Positions 46,778-57,716 of a DNA stretch of 64,000 nucleotides are shown piece after piece. The DNA comes from Nitrospirota bacterium (GTDB lineage: Bacteria > Nitrospirota > UBA9217), in the NCBI GenBank assembly GCA_029858565.1, contig JAOUEV010000002.1:32001-96000 (forward strand). Direction: 5' to 3'. A program made the position numbers and the translations under genes. A model generated the notes under the pieces. The model made no database searches. It was not told where the DNA came from and saw only the letters and a program-made list of their open reading frames with translations. The first letter of the stretch is position 1; each line of letters begins with the position of its first letter.

Positions 46778-47545
46778 ATGAAGGTCAAAGTTCTGGGATG
46801 CTCGGGATCCGAAACGATCGGTCACAATCCGCCGGGATTTCTGGTCAACGACACCGTTATGCTCGACGCGGGGACCATTACCGCGGCGCTGACGATCGAA
46901 CAGCAGAGCAGGATCACCGATGTTTTCATCAGCCATACCCATCTGGACCACCTCAAGAGCCTGTTGTTCCTGGCCGACAATGTCATCGGACGGATCAGGA
47001 AACCCGTGAAGATCCATTCGATACCCAAGGTTCTTGACGCTATCAGAAAGCATCTCATGAACGAGCTGATCTGGCCGGATTTCACGAAAATACCGACACC
47101 CAAGAATCCGGTGCTCGCGTACGCTCCCTTCGCCGCCATGAAGACTATCCGGGTCGCTGGCCTCTCGGTCAAGGCGGTGCCCATGAACCACCCGGTCCCC
47201 GCCGTCGGCTTCCTGGTGAGCGACGGCAAGACCTCGTTCATCTATACGGCTGACACCGGGCCGAACGAGCGGATCTGGAAAGAGGCCGCAAAAGCGAAGA
47301 ACCTGAAAGGGATCATCGTGGACACATCGTTTCCCAACAGCCTGGGTTTTATCGCTGACGCGAGCGGCCACTTCACTCCGGGACAGCTTGCGGCGGACCT
47401 GGCCAGGGCGAATGTCGGCTACGATGTCCCGATCTATATCTATCACATCAAGCCTGTGCACAAGAAGAAGGTCATTTCCGAGCTTCGCGCCATGGGCAGA
47501 AAGAACGTCAAGATCCTGCAGGAAGGAAAGACTTACACGTTCTAG
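46778..47545 (+). CDS. 3',5'-cyclic-nucleotide phosphodiesterase (metallo-beta-lactamase fold)
   Basis: VLGCSG, LDAGT, SHTHLDH, HLMNELIWPDF, HPVP, DTGP, SFPN, GHFTP, YHIKP; adjacent to the cyclase. Confidence 0.88.
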   Translation: MKVKVLGCSGSETIGHNPPGFLVNDTVMLDAGTITAALTIEQQSRITDVFISHTHLDHLKSLLFLADNVIGRIRKPVKIHSIPKVLDAIRKHLMNELIWPDFTKIPTPKNPVLAYAPFAAMKTIRVAGLSVKAVPMNHPVPAVGFLVSDGKTSFIYTADTGPNERIWKEAAKAKNLKGIIVDTSFPNSLGFIADASGHFTPGQLAADLARANVGYDVPIYIYHIKPVHKKKVISELRAMGRKNVKILQEGKTYTF

Positions 47546-47684
47546 ATCCGCTATCCCCGGTCCGCATACCTCAAGCACTGGTCATATCCAGGATTTCGCC
47601 GTCCGAAACCGTGGAAATTTGACCGTGTAAGCCTGGGATGCGGCAGGGATGCGCAGCTTGGGATCTGGAACTCGTCCTCTCATT

Positions 47685-48530
47685 ATGGCCTGGTTCAAAA
47701 AAGAACGTCCTGAAAAACTCGGCTCTGAAGCGCCGTCCAAGAAGGTCAAGATCCCCGAAGGTCTCTGGGTCAAGTGCGACAATTGCAAAGAGATCATCTA
47801 CCGGAAGGAAGTGGAGAAGAACTTCAAGGTATGTCCGAAGTGCGATTACCACTTCCGCATATCTGCCTCGGAGCGTCTTCCCTTTCTTGTCGATGAAGGA
47901 AGTTTTCTCGAAGTGGAGGACGGCCTCTCCCCCAAGGATTTCCTGAACTTCAAGGACTATAAGGACAAATTGAAGAGCAGCCGCAAGAAGACCGGTCTCA
48001 AGGATGCGGTCATCTCCGGAGAAGCCAGGATCGGCGGACACCCTGTCCAGATCGTGGTCATGGACTTCAACTTCATGGGCGGCAGCATGGGCTCTGTGGT
48101 CGGCGAGAAGATCACCCGCGCTGTCGAGCGGGCGATCGAAAAGAAAACCCCGTTCATCGCGGTCGCGGCATCGGGCGGCGCGCGCATGCAGGAAGGCATC
48201 CTCTCGCTCATGCAGATGGCCAAGACCTCGGCGGCCACGGCGCGGCTTGCCGACGCAGGGCTTCCGTACATCTCCATCCTCACCGATCCGACCTTCGGCG
48301 GAGTGACCGCGAGCTTCGCCATGCTGGGCGACCTCATCATCGCCGAGCCGAAGACGCTGATCGGTTTTGCCGGTCCCCGGGTCATTGAGCAGACGATCAA
48401 GCAGCAGCTTCCTGCGGGTTTTCAGCGCGCCGAGTTCCTTCTGGAACATGGTATGATCGACATGATCGTGTCGCGCAAGGACATGCACGGGACGCTTGCC
48501 AAGGTCCTGGAGTTCTTCTCGAATGCATGA
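47685..48530 (+). CDS. accD: acetyl-CoA carboxylase carboxyltransferase beta subunit
   Basis: PEGLWVKC..C...[52 protein letters not shown]. Confidence 0.97.
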   Translation: MAWFKKERPEKLGSEAPSKKVKIPEGLWVKCDNCKEIIYRKEVEKNFKVCPKCDYHFRISASERLPFLVDEGSFLEVEDGLSPKDFLNFKDYKDKLKSSRKKTGLKDAVISGEARIGGHPVQIVVMDFNFMGGSMGSVVGEKITRAVERAIEKKTPFIAVAASGGARMQEGILSLMQMAKTSAATARLADAGLPYISILTDPTFGGVTASFAMLGDLIIAEPKTLIGFAGPRVIEQTIKQQLPAGFQRAEFLLEHGMIDMIVSRKDMHGTLAKVLEFFSNA

Positions 48531-48741
48531 GCTGGGAAAGGGTCTCGTCGTCCTGGGGCTCCTATTGACGGCAGTCGGCGCAGCACTCCTGCTGGCTCAC
48601 AAACTTCCGCTCATCGGAAAACTGCCTGGCGACATCCTCATCAAGCGCGGGAATTTCACATTCTACGCGCCCCTTGCCACCGGGATCGTCCTGAGCCTGC
48701 TGGTCAGCCTTATCCTCTTTCTTATTGGAAAATTTCGGTAG
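48523..48741 (+). CDS. DUF2905 small membrane protein
   Basis: [25 protein letters not shown] signature. Confidence 0.9.
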   Translation: MHELGKGLVVLGLLLTAVGAALLLAHKLPLIGKLPGDILIKRGNFTFYAPLATGIVLSLLVSLILFLIGKFR

Positions 48742-48750
48742 CGTTTTTCC

Positions 48751-48806
48751 GTAAACTATCCTGTAAACTATCCCGCCTTGACAGTCGCCGTGATCGCAGA
48801 TATAGT
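48751..48806 (+). promoter_or_regulatory. promoter TTGACA-17-TATAGT with an upstream GTAAACTATCC direct repeat
   Basis: 11-bp repeat at 48751-61 and 48763-73, just upstream of the -35 box (48778-83). Confidence 0.7.
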
Positions 48807-48865
48807 CTAAGCATTCGCACTGCTCCATCAACCGCTTCCTCATATCTTCTTTCCGGAGGTGCAGC

Positions 48866-49762
48866 ATGGACCGCAGAGACTTCCTGAAAACCGCGGCGAT
48901 CAGCGGTGTGGGACTTGCCATCCCCGCACTCGATCCCCTTTCCGCGCTCGGTGAGCCCCGGCATCCGGACCTTGCTGTTGCGCAGGGACCATCCCCGGGA
49001 AAGACCGTCCGGGCGGCGATCGACGCTCTAGGCGGCATCAAACGGTTCATCAGCCGCGGCGATGTCGTGGTCGTGAAGCCGAACATCGCCTGGGACCGCG
49101 TTCCCGAGCAGGCCGGGGACACAAATCCCGAGGTGGTTGCGGCGGTGGTGAAGCTGTGCTATGAGGCGGGCGCAAGGAAGGTCAAGGTCTTTGACCGGCC
49201 GGTGAACGATCCGCGGCGCTGTTACATCCAGAGCGGGATCGAGCCTGCTGCAAAGGCTGTTGATGCTGATGTAAGCCACATGGATGAACGCAAGTTCCGG
49301 GACATTGCGGTCAACGGCCTTGCGCTCAAGACCTGGCCGCTCTACACGGAGGTGTTCGAGGCGGACAAGGTGATCAATGTCCCGATTGCCAAGCACCACG
49401 GCCTGGCAAAGCTCACGATGGCCATGAAGAACTGGATGGGCATCATGGGCGGATCGCGCAGGATGATCCACCAGAAGATCGATGAAAGCCTCGTGGACCT
49501 TGCCATGAAGGTGAAACCGGCGCTCACGGTCCTGGACGCGGTCCGCATACTGACCGCGAACGGCCCCCAGGGCGGGGACCTCAGGGACGTGAAAAAGCTC
49601 GACACGATCGTCGCCGGCATTGACCAGGTAGCCATTGATTCCTACGGCGCCACGCTCTTCGGCATGAAAGGGAGCGATCTGGGATATGTCCGCATTGCAG
49701 CGCAGCATGGATTCGGTGTGATGGACCTGAACAGGCTGAGTATCAAGAAGGTCAGCGTTTAA
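48866..49762 (+). CDS. Tat-exported DUF362 protein
   Basis: DRRDFLK Tat motif; VVVKPNIAWDR...TNPEVV, INVPIAKHH, AMKNWMG. Confidence 0.9.
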   Translation: MDRRDFLKTAAISGVGLAIPALDPLSALGEPRHPDLAVAQGPSPGKTVRAAIDALGGIKRFISRGDVVVVKPNIAWDRVPEQAGDTNPEVVAAVVKLCYEAGARKVKVFDRPVNDPRRCYIQSGIEPAAKAVDADVSHMDERKFRDIAVNGLALKTWPLYTEVFEADKVINVPIAKHHGLAKLTMAMKNWMGIMGGSRRMIHQKIDESLVDLAMKVKPALTVLDAVRILTANGPQGGDLRDVKKLDTIVAGIDQVAIDSYGATLFGMKGSDLGYVRIAAQHGFGVMDLNRLSIKKVSV

Positions 49763-49826
49763 CGTATCATTTCCTGCTGTTTGCTACAGCCTGACCTTGC
49801 ACGGCCAACTGTCTCTTGTATCCCGC

Positions 49827-52800
49827 TTATTGCCCCTTTTCTTCGTCAAGCACGGTCCTTATCTTTTTCAGCAGCGCGGGGATCGGCACGGGCTTGTAGA
49901 CCACGGGCACATTCTGTTCGAGCAGCGTCTTTTGACGGACCAGGTCGGGATCGTATCCGCTCGCAAAGATGACCTTGATGTCCGGCCGCGCAAGCCGGAT
50001 TTCGTCATAGGCGTCCTTGCCGTTCTTCCTCGGCATGATAAGGTCGAACAGGAGAAGCGCAATGCTGTCCTTGTTCTCCGCGAACTTCTCGATTGCGTCT
50101 ACCCCGTCCTCGGCCGTGATGACCCTATAGCCCATGTCCCGCAGTATATTCGCGGTGACGTTCCGGACGCTCTTGTTGTCTTCCGCCAAAAGGATCGTTT
50201 CCGGGCCGCCCACGGGCCGTTCCTCCGCGACGTTTTCCCTTTCCTCAATCGCGGCCCCCGCGATAACGGGCAGATAGATACGGAAGGTCGTTCCCTGGCC
50301 CGGCTCGCTGTATACAGTCACCAGCCCGTCATGCTGTTTCACGATGCCGTACACGACCGCCATGCCGAGCCCGGTGCCTTTCCCGACCTCTTTGGTCGTG
50401 AAGAAGGGCTCGAATATCCGCTGCCTTGTATCCTCATTCATTCCCCGGCCTGTGTCCGACACGGTTATCAAGGCATATTTGCCTGGCGTCCCGAGCCCAT
50501 GGGCGGAAGTGAATGTTTCATCCAGCAGGACCTGGTCCGTTGTTACGCTGAAAGCGCCCCCCTTCGGCATGGCGTCCCGGGCGTTCGTTGCCAGGTTCAT
50601 CAGCACCTGGTCGAGCTGGTGGGAATCCGCAAGAATGCGGATGGCCCCTCCGGACAGTCTGGTTTTAAATTCGATGTCCTCTCCGATCACTCTCGCCAGG
50701 AACCTGCCCAGTTTATGGATGTTCTCATTCAGATCCACGGATTTTCTGTTTATCGGCTGTTTTCTGCTGAACAGAAGGAGGTCCCTGGTAAGATGGACGG
50801 CCCGTTCCACCGATTCCAGGATGTCCCGGACGTTCTGGAGAAGGGGGTCGCCGGCCGGCATCTTCATGAGCAGCAGGTGGCCGGAGCCGGAGATGGCGGT
50901 AAGGATATTATTGAAATCATGGGCCACCCCGCCAGCAAGCGTCCCGATGGATTCCATCTTCTGGGCCTGGCGAAGCTGGTCTTCAAGCTTCTTGCGCCCG
51001 GTGATGTCCTGGAAAAAAGAGATGAATATCCCGCCGTGCTCGTGCAAATATTGGGCGCTTATTTCCAAGTCCATGATCGTCCCGTCCTTGCGCCGGTGCC
51101 TTGATTCAAACCGTTCATACCCCTGCCTGATGACTTTGTCGATATGCCGCGCGATCTCCTCCTGATTTTCCACGACATCCAGGTCCGCAACGCTCATCAG
51201 CATCAGCTCTTCGCGGCTGTAGCCGCTCATCCGGCAGTATGCGTCATTCACTTCAAGCAGCCGGCCATGGGAATCGCTGACCCAGAAACCGTCAATGGCG
51301 GTTTTCAGGATGTGCTGGTATCGCTGCTCCGCCTGCATGCGCTCGGTGATGTCCTGGAAAATACAGTATGCGAAAACGCGCCCGCCGAGTTCAAGCGCCT
51401 TCACCGATACATGGACATTCCTGAGCTCGCCGCTCTTTGTGCGGTGCAGGGTGTCGAAATCGTCGCCGCCGTCGCGCAATATTTTATCGATGCGTCTTTC
51501 CGTGTCCTCCGGCCGCTCCAGCACTTCGTAGTCGGAGATTCTCAGGGCGGCGAACTCTTCCCGCGTGTACCCCAATTGCCTGTGGGCGACTTCATTCGTT
51601 TCGACGGCCTTTCCTGTTTCAAAATCAATCAGCAAAACGCCGTTCGGCGACTGCTCGAATAACAGGCGATAGCGCGCTTCCGCGTCCCGCAGCGCCTGCT
51701 CGGCGCGTTTGCTTTCCGTGACGTCCAGCAGGACTAAGAGCAAGGCCTCGACGTTGCCGTCGGCATCCTTGAGCGGATGGAGCGTCCAATCCCAATAGGT
51801 GATGCCCCATTCCGGGTGACCGGGATTTGCGAACGGTTTTGCCCGGATCATGAATGCGTTCCCTGTTTTTACCACCTCGCGAAAGATGGCTTCATTTTCA
51901 GCGTTCGGATACAGCTGGAAATGGTTTTTGCCCGGGAAGAAGTCCTCCGGGCAGCCGCACGCTTTTGCATATGCCGTATTGACCCGTATGAAATTGAATT
52001 CCCTGTCGAGATAAACAAGGCTGAAATGCGTTGTCGCGAAGATCCTTTCGAGCAGTTCGCTTTTACTCCGCAATATTTGTTCCGCTCTCTTGTTCTCGGT
52101 AATGTCCTGGATAAAACCATAGACCCTGCGGTGTTCCAGGTCCGCTTTTCCCCGGACATGAACGCTCCGGCGATTGCCCTTGGCAGTGATGATCTCCAGT
52201 CTCTCATCAAACGGCTCTCCGTGCTCGACAGCCCGATGCACGGCCCGTTCAATAAGCGGCCGGGAAGCGGGAGTATAGAAATCGGTCACCTTTCCCGCTG
52301 TCGGATCGTAGGCGAGGTCCGCTTCATGAAGGTTATAGAGTTCCTCCGTCCAGGTCAGTTTTCCGGTGTCGATATTCAATTCCCAGCCGCCGACCTTTCC
52401 GAGCTTTTCGGTTTCCGCGAGCATGTGCCGGCCCTTATCCAGAGCCTCTGCCGCCTGAAACCGCTCGCGGTAATAAAGAAGGGCCTGCTGACGCCAGACA
52501 AAGGCAAGGCCCGCGCCCGCGCCGAAGAGCAGCGCCGCCACAAGCCCGAGGAACGTCCATAAACGCTCTCGCATCGGCGCATACACCTCCGAGGCGTTCA
52601 TGCGGGTCACCAGAAACCACGGCGAGCCGGGCACGGCCCGTACGTCGGCGATGACCTGTTCGTTTTGGTGGTCCGGACCTTCCACGATCCCGGTCCGCCC
52701 CAGCGCAGCCATTACAGGCGGGACATCCGTCCTGGTAAGAGGGATACGGAGCCTGAGCGCCGCGTCTTTTCTGAATTTAAGCTCGTTCAGATAAAGAACG

Positions 52801-53522
52801 GCGTCCCCTTCGCGCCGGACGAGCACGGTCTCCGCCGTCGTGCTGGGTGTGGGCCACCGCAGGATAAAGGGAAAAAGATATTTTTCAGGATCCACCCGCA
52901 GGGAGATAGCCCCGATCGCCCGATTTCCCGTCGATACATCGAGGATGGGGATGAGCACTGAGAGATATATTCTCTGGTCATGGTCGTGCAGGTAGAAATC
53001 CACAAACGTTATCCGTCCTGACCGCAGGACCTCGGGCACGCTTTGTAATACAGCTGCCGGGACAACCGTTCGCCCCGACGGGGATGACATGCGCACTGCT
53101 CCCTTCGGATCGAGCAGGCTGACCTCGTCATAGTCATAGTGCCCTTGGTATTGGCTTACCCAGACGCGCATCTGCTGCTCGACCCCATCGTCCTGAGGGT
53201 TCCTGAAATAGTGCGAAGTCTGCCTGAACAGGGCGGTGTTATTGAAAATGATTTTGGCATCCCCCAGGCGCTCCCTCCGCCATTGCTTCAGTTCTTCAAC
53301 CTTCAGATCGGCAATGGCCGACAACTCACGCTCCACCTGGGCTCGGTAGCGCTTTTCGTAGCCCTGGTAACCCAGAAAGCCGGCAACCATGAAGCCCGCC
53401 GTCAGGACGGCAAATATCCCGATGAATCCCAGCGGGACGGTATTTTTCTTCTTGATTTCAGCCGACATAATGCGTCCTTGGCATTTTGCCCGAGTATTCA
53501 GCCATGACAGCGTTCTCTTCAC
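49827..53522 (-). CDS. membrane hybrid sensor kinase (Cache-like, 4 PAS, HisKA, HATPase, REC); start possibly 53468
   Basis: Two TM helices; QAQKMESIGTLAGGVAHDFNNIL; NLATNARDAM; FEPFFTTKEVGKGTGLG; C-terminal REC. Confidence 0.93.
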   Translation of the reverse strand: MKRTLSWLNTRAKCQGRIMSAEIKKKNTVPLGFIGIFAVLTAGFMVAGFLGYQGYEKRYRAQVERELSAIADLKVEELKQWRRERLGDAKIIFNNTALFRQTSHYFRNPQDDGVEQQMRVWVSQYQGHYDYDEVSLLDPKGAVRMSSPSGRTVVPAAVLQSVPEVLRSGRITFVDFYLHDHDQRIYLSVLIPILDVSTGNRAIGAISLRVDPEKYLFPFILRWPTPSTTAETVLVRREGDAVLYLNELKFRKDAALRLRIPLTRTDVPPVMAALGRTGIVEGPDHQNEQVIADVRAVPGSPWFLVTRMNASEVYAPMRERLWTFLGLVAALLFGAGAGLAFVWRQQALLYYRERFQAAEALDKGRHMLAETEKLGKVGGWELNIDTGKLTWTEELYNLHEADLAYDPTAGKVTDFYTPASRPLIERAVHRAVEHGEPFDERLEIITAKGNRRSVHVRGKADLEHRRVYGFIQDITENKRAEQILRSKSELLERIFATTHFSLVYLDREFNFIRVNTAYAKACGCPEDFFPGKNHFQLYPNAENEAIFREVVKTGNAFMIRAKPFANPGHPEWGITYWDWTLHPLKDADGNVEALLLVLLDVTESKRAEQALRDAEARYRLLFEQSPNGVLLIDFETGKAVETNEVAHRQLGYTREEFAALRISDYEVLERPEDTERRIDKILRDGGDDFDTLHRTKSGELRNVHVSVKALELGGRVFAYCIFQDITERMQAEQRYQHILKTAIDGFWVSDSHGRLLEVNDAYCRMSGYSREELMLMSVADLDVVENQEEIARHIDKVIRQGYERFESRHRRKDGTIMDLEISAQYLHEHGGIFISFFQDITGRKKLEDQLRQAQKMESIGTLAGGVAHDFNNILTAISGSGHLLLMKMPAGDPLLQNVRDILESVERAVHLTRDLLLFSRKQPINRKSVDLNENIHKLGRFLARVIGEDIEFKTRLSGGAIRILADSHQLDQVLMNLATNARDAMPKGGAFSVTTDQVLLDETFTSAHGLGTPGKYALITVSDTGRGMNEDTRQRIFEPFFTTKEVGKGTGLGMAVVYGIVKQHDGLVTVYSEPGQGTTFRIYLPVIAGAAIEERENVAEERPVGGPETILLAEDNKSVRNVTANILRDMGYRVITAEDGVDAIEKFAENKDSIALLLFDLIMPRKNGKDAYDEIRLARPDIKVIFASGYDPDLVRQKTLLEQNVPVVYKPVPIPALLKKIRTVLDEEKGQ

Positions 53523-53608
53523 TTCATCCGGCGCATATTCAAACGGCGCCGTTATGTCTATAAATGTATTTTACACTACTACTGAACTATCGTCCGGCGA
53601 GAGCGGAT

Positions 53609-56497
53609 TCACCGATCCAGGAGCTCGCGAATCCTGGTCAGCAGCATGACAGGCGAAGACGGTTTTGTCAGGAAGTTCAGGCTTTCGTCGAGAACGTCTT
53701 TCCGGTGAATGATCTCATCGGAATAGCCGCTCAGGAAAAGGGCCTTTACCTCCGGCTTCATCGCCTTGATCTCCTCGTACGCTTCCATGCCGCTCTTCCC
53801 GGGCATGAGGACGTCCATGATGAGCAGTTGAATGTCGTTCCTGTTCTCGTTGAATTTGCGGACAGCGTCCTCCCCGTCCGACGCGTCGATGACCCGGTAC
53901 CCGGATTCCTCGATGACTTCTTTTGTGGTTTTCCTCACCATTGCGTCGTCATCGGCGAGAAGAATACATTCTTTCCCGCGCGCAGGCGCGCCGGGCCGCT
54001 CTTCAGCGCCGCGTTCGTCCAAGGCCAGGGGCAGATAGATGTTGAACACGGTCCCCGCGCCAGGCGCGCTGAAACAGTCGATAAAGCCGTTGTGCTGCTT
54101 GATGATGCCGTATGCGATGGAAAGTCCGAGGCCCGTGCCTTTTCCGAGTTCTTTTGTCGTAAAGAACGGCTCGAAGATCCTTTTCCGCGTTTGGTCGTCC
54201 ATGCCTGTTCCGGTATCGGCAACTGACAGGTGCGCATAGTCGCCGACCCTGCCGAACCCGTATTCAGCTATGTAGGCGTCATCCATCCTCGCGCGTCCCG
54301 CGGATATCGTGAGCGTTCCGCCCCGGGGCATGGAATCCCGAGCATTGGCGACCAGGTTCATCAGGACCTGCTCCAATCGGCCGCTGTCCGCCAGGACCGT
54401 CAAATCCGGATCTGTTTGCACGATATTCAGGTGGATTTCCTCGCCCGCCATTCCGGCCATGAGCTTTTGCATCTTTTGCACCAGCGCATTCACGTCCAGG
54501 GGCCTCGGATTGATGACCTGTTTTCTGCTGAACGCGAGGAGGTCCCTCGTAAGAGCGGCCGCCTTCTCGGAAGAAGCGCGAATGTCCTCGATGTAGGGGG
54601 TCAGGGGGCCCTGGTCGCCCAGTTTCATTCCCAGGATATAAACGTCACCCAGTATCGCCGTCAGGATATTGTTGAAATCATGGGCCACGCCGCCGGCAAG
54701 CTGGCCCACCGCCGCGAGCTTTTGCGACTGGAAGAGCTGCTCCTCGAGCTTTTTTCGTTCCGTGATGTCCCGCACCACGTGGATAAAACCGACCATCCGG
54801 TCATTTTTGTCAAGACGGGGAATCGCCCGGATCTCGATGAACTTGTTCAGGTGCGGTTCGAACATCTCAACGACCGTCAGTTGGCCGGTGATCAGGCTTT
54901 TGCAGCTTGTGCAGGAAGCGGGCGGGGACTCAGCGCCATGATAAAGCCGGTAGCATTTTCGAGAGGAGTCGCCGAGCAGCGGCAGGTTCAGCAGTTGTTC
55001 CGCCGCCTTGTTCGCCCTGATGACGTTGAAATTCTTGTCATGGATCGTGACCATGTCGGTGATCGTGTTGAAAGTATCTTCCCAGTCTTGTTTTGACTGA
55101 AGGATCTTTTCCTCGGCCTGCTTCTGTTCGGTGATGTCCTGAACGGTGCCGACCAGCCGAATGGGCCGGCCGGTCCCGGAGAGAATCATCTCGCCCCGTC
55201 CTCGCAACATGCGGATCGAGCCGTCGGGCAGGATGACGCGAAATTCCAGTTCGTCGGGAGCGGCGCCGGTCCCCATGGCGAGGGCCTTGATATGCTCCCG
55301 CATCGCCTCGCGGTCCTCGGGATGAAGCAAGCCTATCAGGGATTCCGCGGTAGGCGTGAATTGCCCGGGGGAAACGCCGTAGAGGCGATAGGTTTCCTCC
55401 GTCCAGGTGATCGCATCCGTTGCCAGATCGGCCGACCAGCTCCCGATGTGGCCGATCCTCTGTGACTCGGACAGGAGATATTCCTTTTCCCGCAGCGCTT
55501 CCTCGGCCTGCTTGCGTTCGGTGATATCGCGGATGAATGAAATGAATACTTTTTGGGAGCGAAAATAGGCAAGGCTGATCTCGACGTCGAAAACCCGGCC
55601 TTCTTTGTCCCTGTGCCTGCTTTCGAACCGGGCTTTCCCGTCGGCAATGACCTTCCGTATGCGCCGGGCGACATCCTCGGGGTTGTCGATTACCTCAAGA
55701 TCGGGGATCGAAAGGGAGGATAATTCCTCCTTTGTGTATCCGGTCATCCTGCAGTAGCTCTCATTTGAGTCCAGTATGTTCCCCTTTTCGTCAACCAGCA
55801 GGTATCCGAACAGATCGGTCGCTTTTAACGTCTCGTATTGTTCCGCGTATCCTTTGATCGCTTCCTCGGTCCGCCTGCGCTCGGTGATGTCCTCGCCGGA
55901 AAAAAGCGCGCCGATGATCGTCCCCTGATCGTCTTTCAGCAGCGCGGTATGCCATGCAATGGTCCGCTCTTCGCCGTTTTTCGTAATAACAGCGCCCTCG
56001 AAATACTCCGGCTGCTTGGCATCCGGACCGCTGTCCATGATCCGGCTGAAAACCGATTTCACATCGCTCCGGACCTTCTCCGGCACGGCAAGCTCGAACC
56101 AGTTCTTGCCCATGAGGTCGCTTTTTTCATGTCCCAGCACGTTGCAGCCTTTCCTGTTGATCAGCGCAATGCTCTGGTCGCGGTTGATGACCACCAGCAT
56201 GGTCCCCGCGACATCGAGATAGCGCTGCATCCGGTCCCGCTCCGTGTTGACGATCTTTTCCGTCAATGCCCGCCGCTCCGCGAGCAGGAGCGGCTTGAAA
56301 ACCCAGAAAAAGAGGGCTGTCAGCGAAGCAAGGGCGAGAGTTGCGACATCGGTAACGGCACGCGCTGTTTCAGACATCCAGGTTTCGGATTTCGACACGT
56401 GAAAGAAAACATGGATCAACAGTTCCACGAGGGCGACCGTTCCAACGACCATCAAGAGAGAGCGTAAAGCGGAATATGTGCGGAATTGCCTGGGCAT
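53609..56497 (-). CDS. hybrid sensor kinase (2 TM, 4 PAS, HisKA, HATPase, REC)
   Basis: QSQKLAAVGQLAGGVAHDFNNIL; NARDSM; FEPFFTTKELGKGTGLG; REC with DVLMP. Confidence 0.93.
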   Translation of the reverse strand: MPRQFRTYSALRSLLMVVGTVALVELLIHVFFHVSKSETWMSETARAVTDVATLALASLTALFFWVFKPLLLAERRALTEKIVNTERDRMQRYLDVAGTMLVVINRDQSIALINRKGCNVLGHEKSDLMGKNWFELAVPEKVRSDVKSVFSRIMDSGPDAKQPEYFEGAVITKNGEERTIAWHTALLKDDQGTIIGALFSGEDITERRRTEEAIKGYAEQYETLKATDLFGYLLVDEKGNILDSNESYCRMTGYTKEELSSLSIPDLEVIDNPEDVARRIRKVIADGKARFESRHRDKEGRVFDVEISLAYFRSQKVFISFIRDITERKQAEEALREKEYLLSESQRIGHIGSWSADLATDAITWTEETYRLYGVSPGQFTPTAESLIGLLHPEDREAMREHIKALAMGTGAAPDELEFRVILPDGSIRMLRGRGEMILSGTGRPIRLVGTVQDITEQKQAEEKILQSKQDWEDTFNTITDMVTIHDKNFNVIRANKAAEQLLNLPLLGDSSRKCYRLYHGAESPPASCTSCKSLITGQLTVVEMFEPHLNKFIEIRAIPRLDKNDRMVGFIHVVRDITERKKLEEQLFQSQKLAAVGQLAGGVAHDFNNILTAILGDVYILGMKLGDQGPLTPYIEDIRASSEKAAALTRDLLAFSRKQVINPRPLDVNALVQKMQKLMAGMAGEEIHLNIVQTDPDLTVLADSGRLEQVLMNLVANARDSMPRGGTLTISAGRARMDDAYIAEYGFGRVGDYAHLSVADTGTGMDDQTRKRIFEPFFTTKELGKGTGLGLSIAYGIIKQHNGFIDCFSAPGAGTVFNIYLPLALDERGAEERPGAPARGKECILLADDDAMVRKTTKEVIEESGYRVIDASDGEDAVRKFNENRNDIQLLIMDVLMPGKSGMEAYEEIKAMKPEVKALFLSGYSDEIIHRKDVLDESLNFLTKPSSPVMLLTRIRELLDR

Positions 56498-56594
56498 GGG
56501 ATTATCGGCTTACCTTTCAGCTGGTTACATTGTATTCAATTATAACGCATTGTGCGTCCGCGCGGCCGGGAAATCCGGGCATCAGGGGCGTCAG

Positions 56595-57701
56595 CTACGC
56601 GGGGCAGGCTGTCCTGCCGAGAAGGGAATGGTCTTCCGCTTCATCGCTGATTTTCTCGAACAGGGGCGCCGCGCGGAGAAAGGCCTTCAGCACCTCGGGA
56701 TCGAAGTGCGAAGGCGACGTCCGTCCGTCGCCGTGCAGGATTATATCGCATGCGGTCTTGTGATCGCACACGGGTTTATACGGCCTCTTGCACCGCAAGG
56801 CGTCATACACGTCCGCAAGCATGACGATCCTGCCTTCCAGGGGGATCTCGTCGCCCTTCAGACCGTTCGGATATCCCGAGCCGTCCCACCGTTCGTGGTG
56901 GTTCAGAGCGATCGATGCGGCCATCTGCACGGAAGGGTATGAGGAGCCGGAAAGCATTTCCGCCCCGAGGAGGGTGTGCGTTTTCATGATCTCGAACTCC
57001 CGCATTGTGAGTTCGCCGGGTTTCAGCAATACGCTGTCCGGAATGGCGATCTTTCCGATGTCGTGCATGGTGCTCGCAAAGGAAATCCTCTCGACGAAAT
57101 CCGGCGCTTTGCCCAGCGCTTCGGCGAGCTTGTTCGAGTACAGCCTGATCCGGGAGATATGCGAGCCCGTGTCCCTGTCCCGGTATTCCGACACGACGAT
57201 CAGCCGCTGAATCAGCTCCGTATTCATGCATTTCATCTGCAGCAGGGCCTCGGACAGTTCCTGCGTTTTCTGTTTGACAAGGGTCTCAAGCAGGCTTTTC
57301 CCGTTTTTCTCAAGCCGCCGGTTTTTTCTGCAATCCACCGCCCGCTTTATGGAATCCAGGAGATAGTCGGGCTGATAGGGCTTGGTCACAAAATCGAAGG
57401 CGTCTTTTTTCACCGCGTCGATCGCCATATCAAGCTCGGCCGATCCGGTCATCAGTACGACGGGCAGCTCCGGGTCGACGGCATGGATTTCGTTCAGCAG
57501 CTGAAGGCCGGAAAGCCCCGGCATTTTGATGTCCGACAGCACGGCGTCAAAATCAATGCACTGCAGTTTGTCGACCGCCTCCCGCGGGTCTCCGCAGGAA
57601 ATCACTTCGTAGCCTTTTTCACGAAACAGCGATGAGGTGACCCGGAGGGCGGCCTCGTTGTCGTCGACTATCAGTATTGAATCGCGAAATGATACGCTCA
57701 T
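56595..57701 (-). CDS. REC-HD-GYP response regulator (RpfG-like c-di-GMP phosphodiesterase)
   Basis: REC (IVDD, SDIKMP); EYRDRDTGSH, MHDIGKI, HHERWDGSGYP. Confidence 0.93.
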   Translation of the reverse strand: MSVSFRDSILIVDDNEAALRVTSSLFREKGYEVISCGDPREAVDKLQCIDFDAVLSDIKMPGLSGLQLLNEIHAVDPELPVVLMTGSAELDMAIDAVKKDAFDFVTKPYQPDYLLDSIKRAVDCRKNRRLEKNGKSLLETLVKQKTQELSEALLQMKCMNTELIQRLIVVSEYRDRDTGSHISRIRLYSNKLAEALGKAPDFVERISFASTMHDIGKIAIPDSVLLKPGELTMREFEIMKTHTLLGAEMLSGSSYPSVQMAASIALNHHERWDGSGYPNGLKGDEIPLEGRIVMLADVYDALRCKRPYKPVCDHKTACDIILHGDGRTSPSHFDPEVLKAFLRAAPLFEKISDEAEDHSLLGRTACPA

Positions 57702-57716
57702 ACGCCGGCCTCTTCT

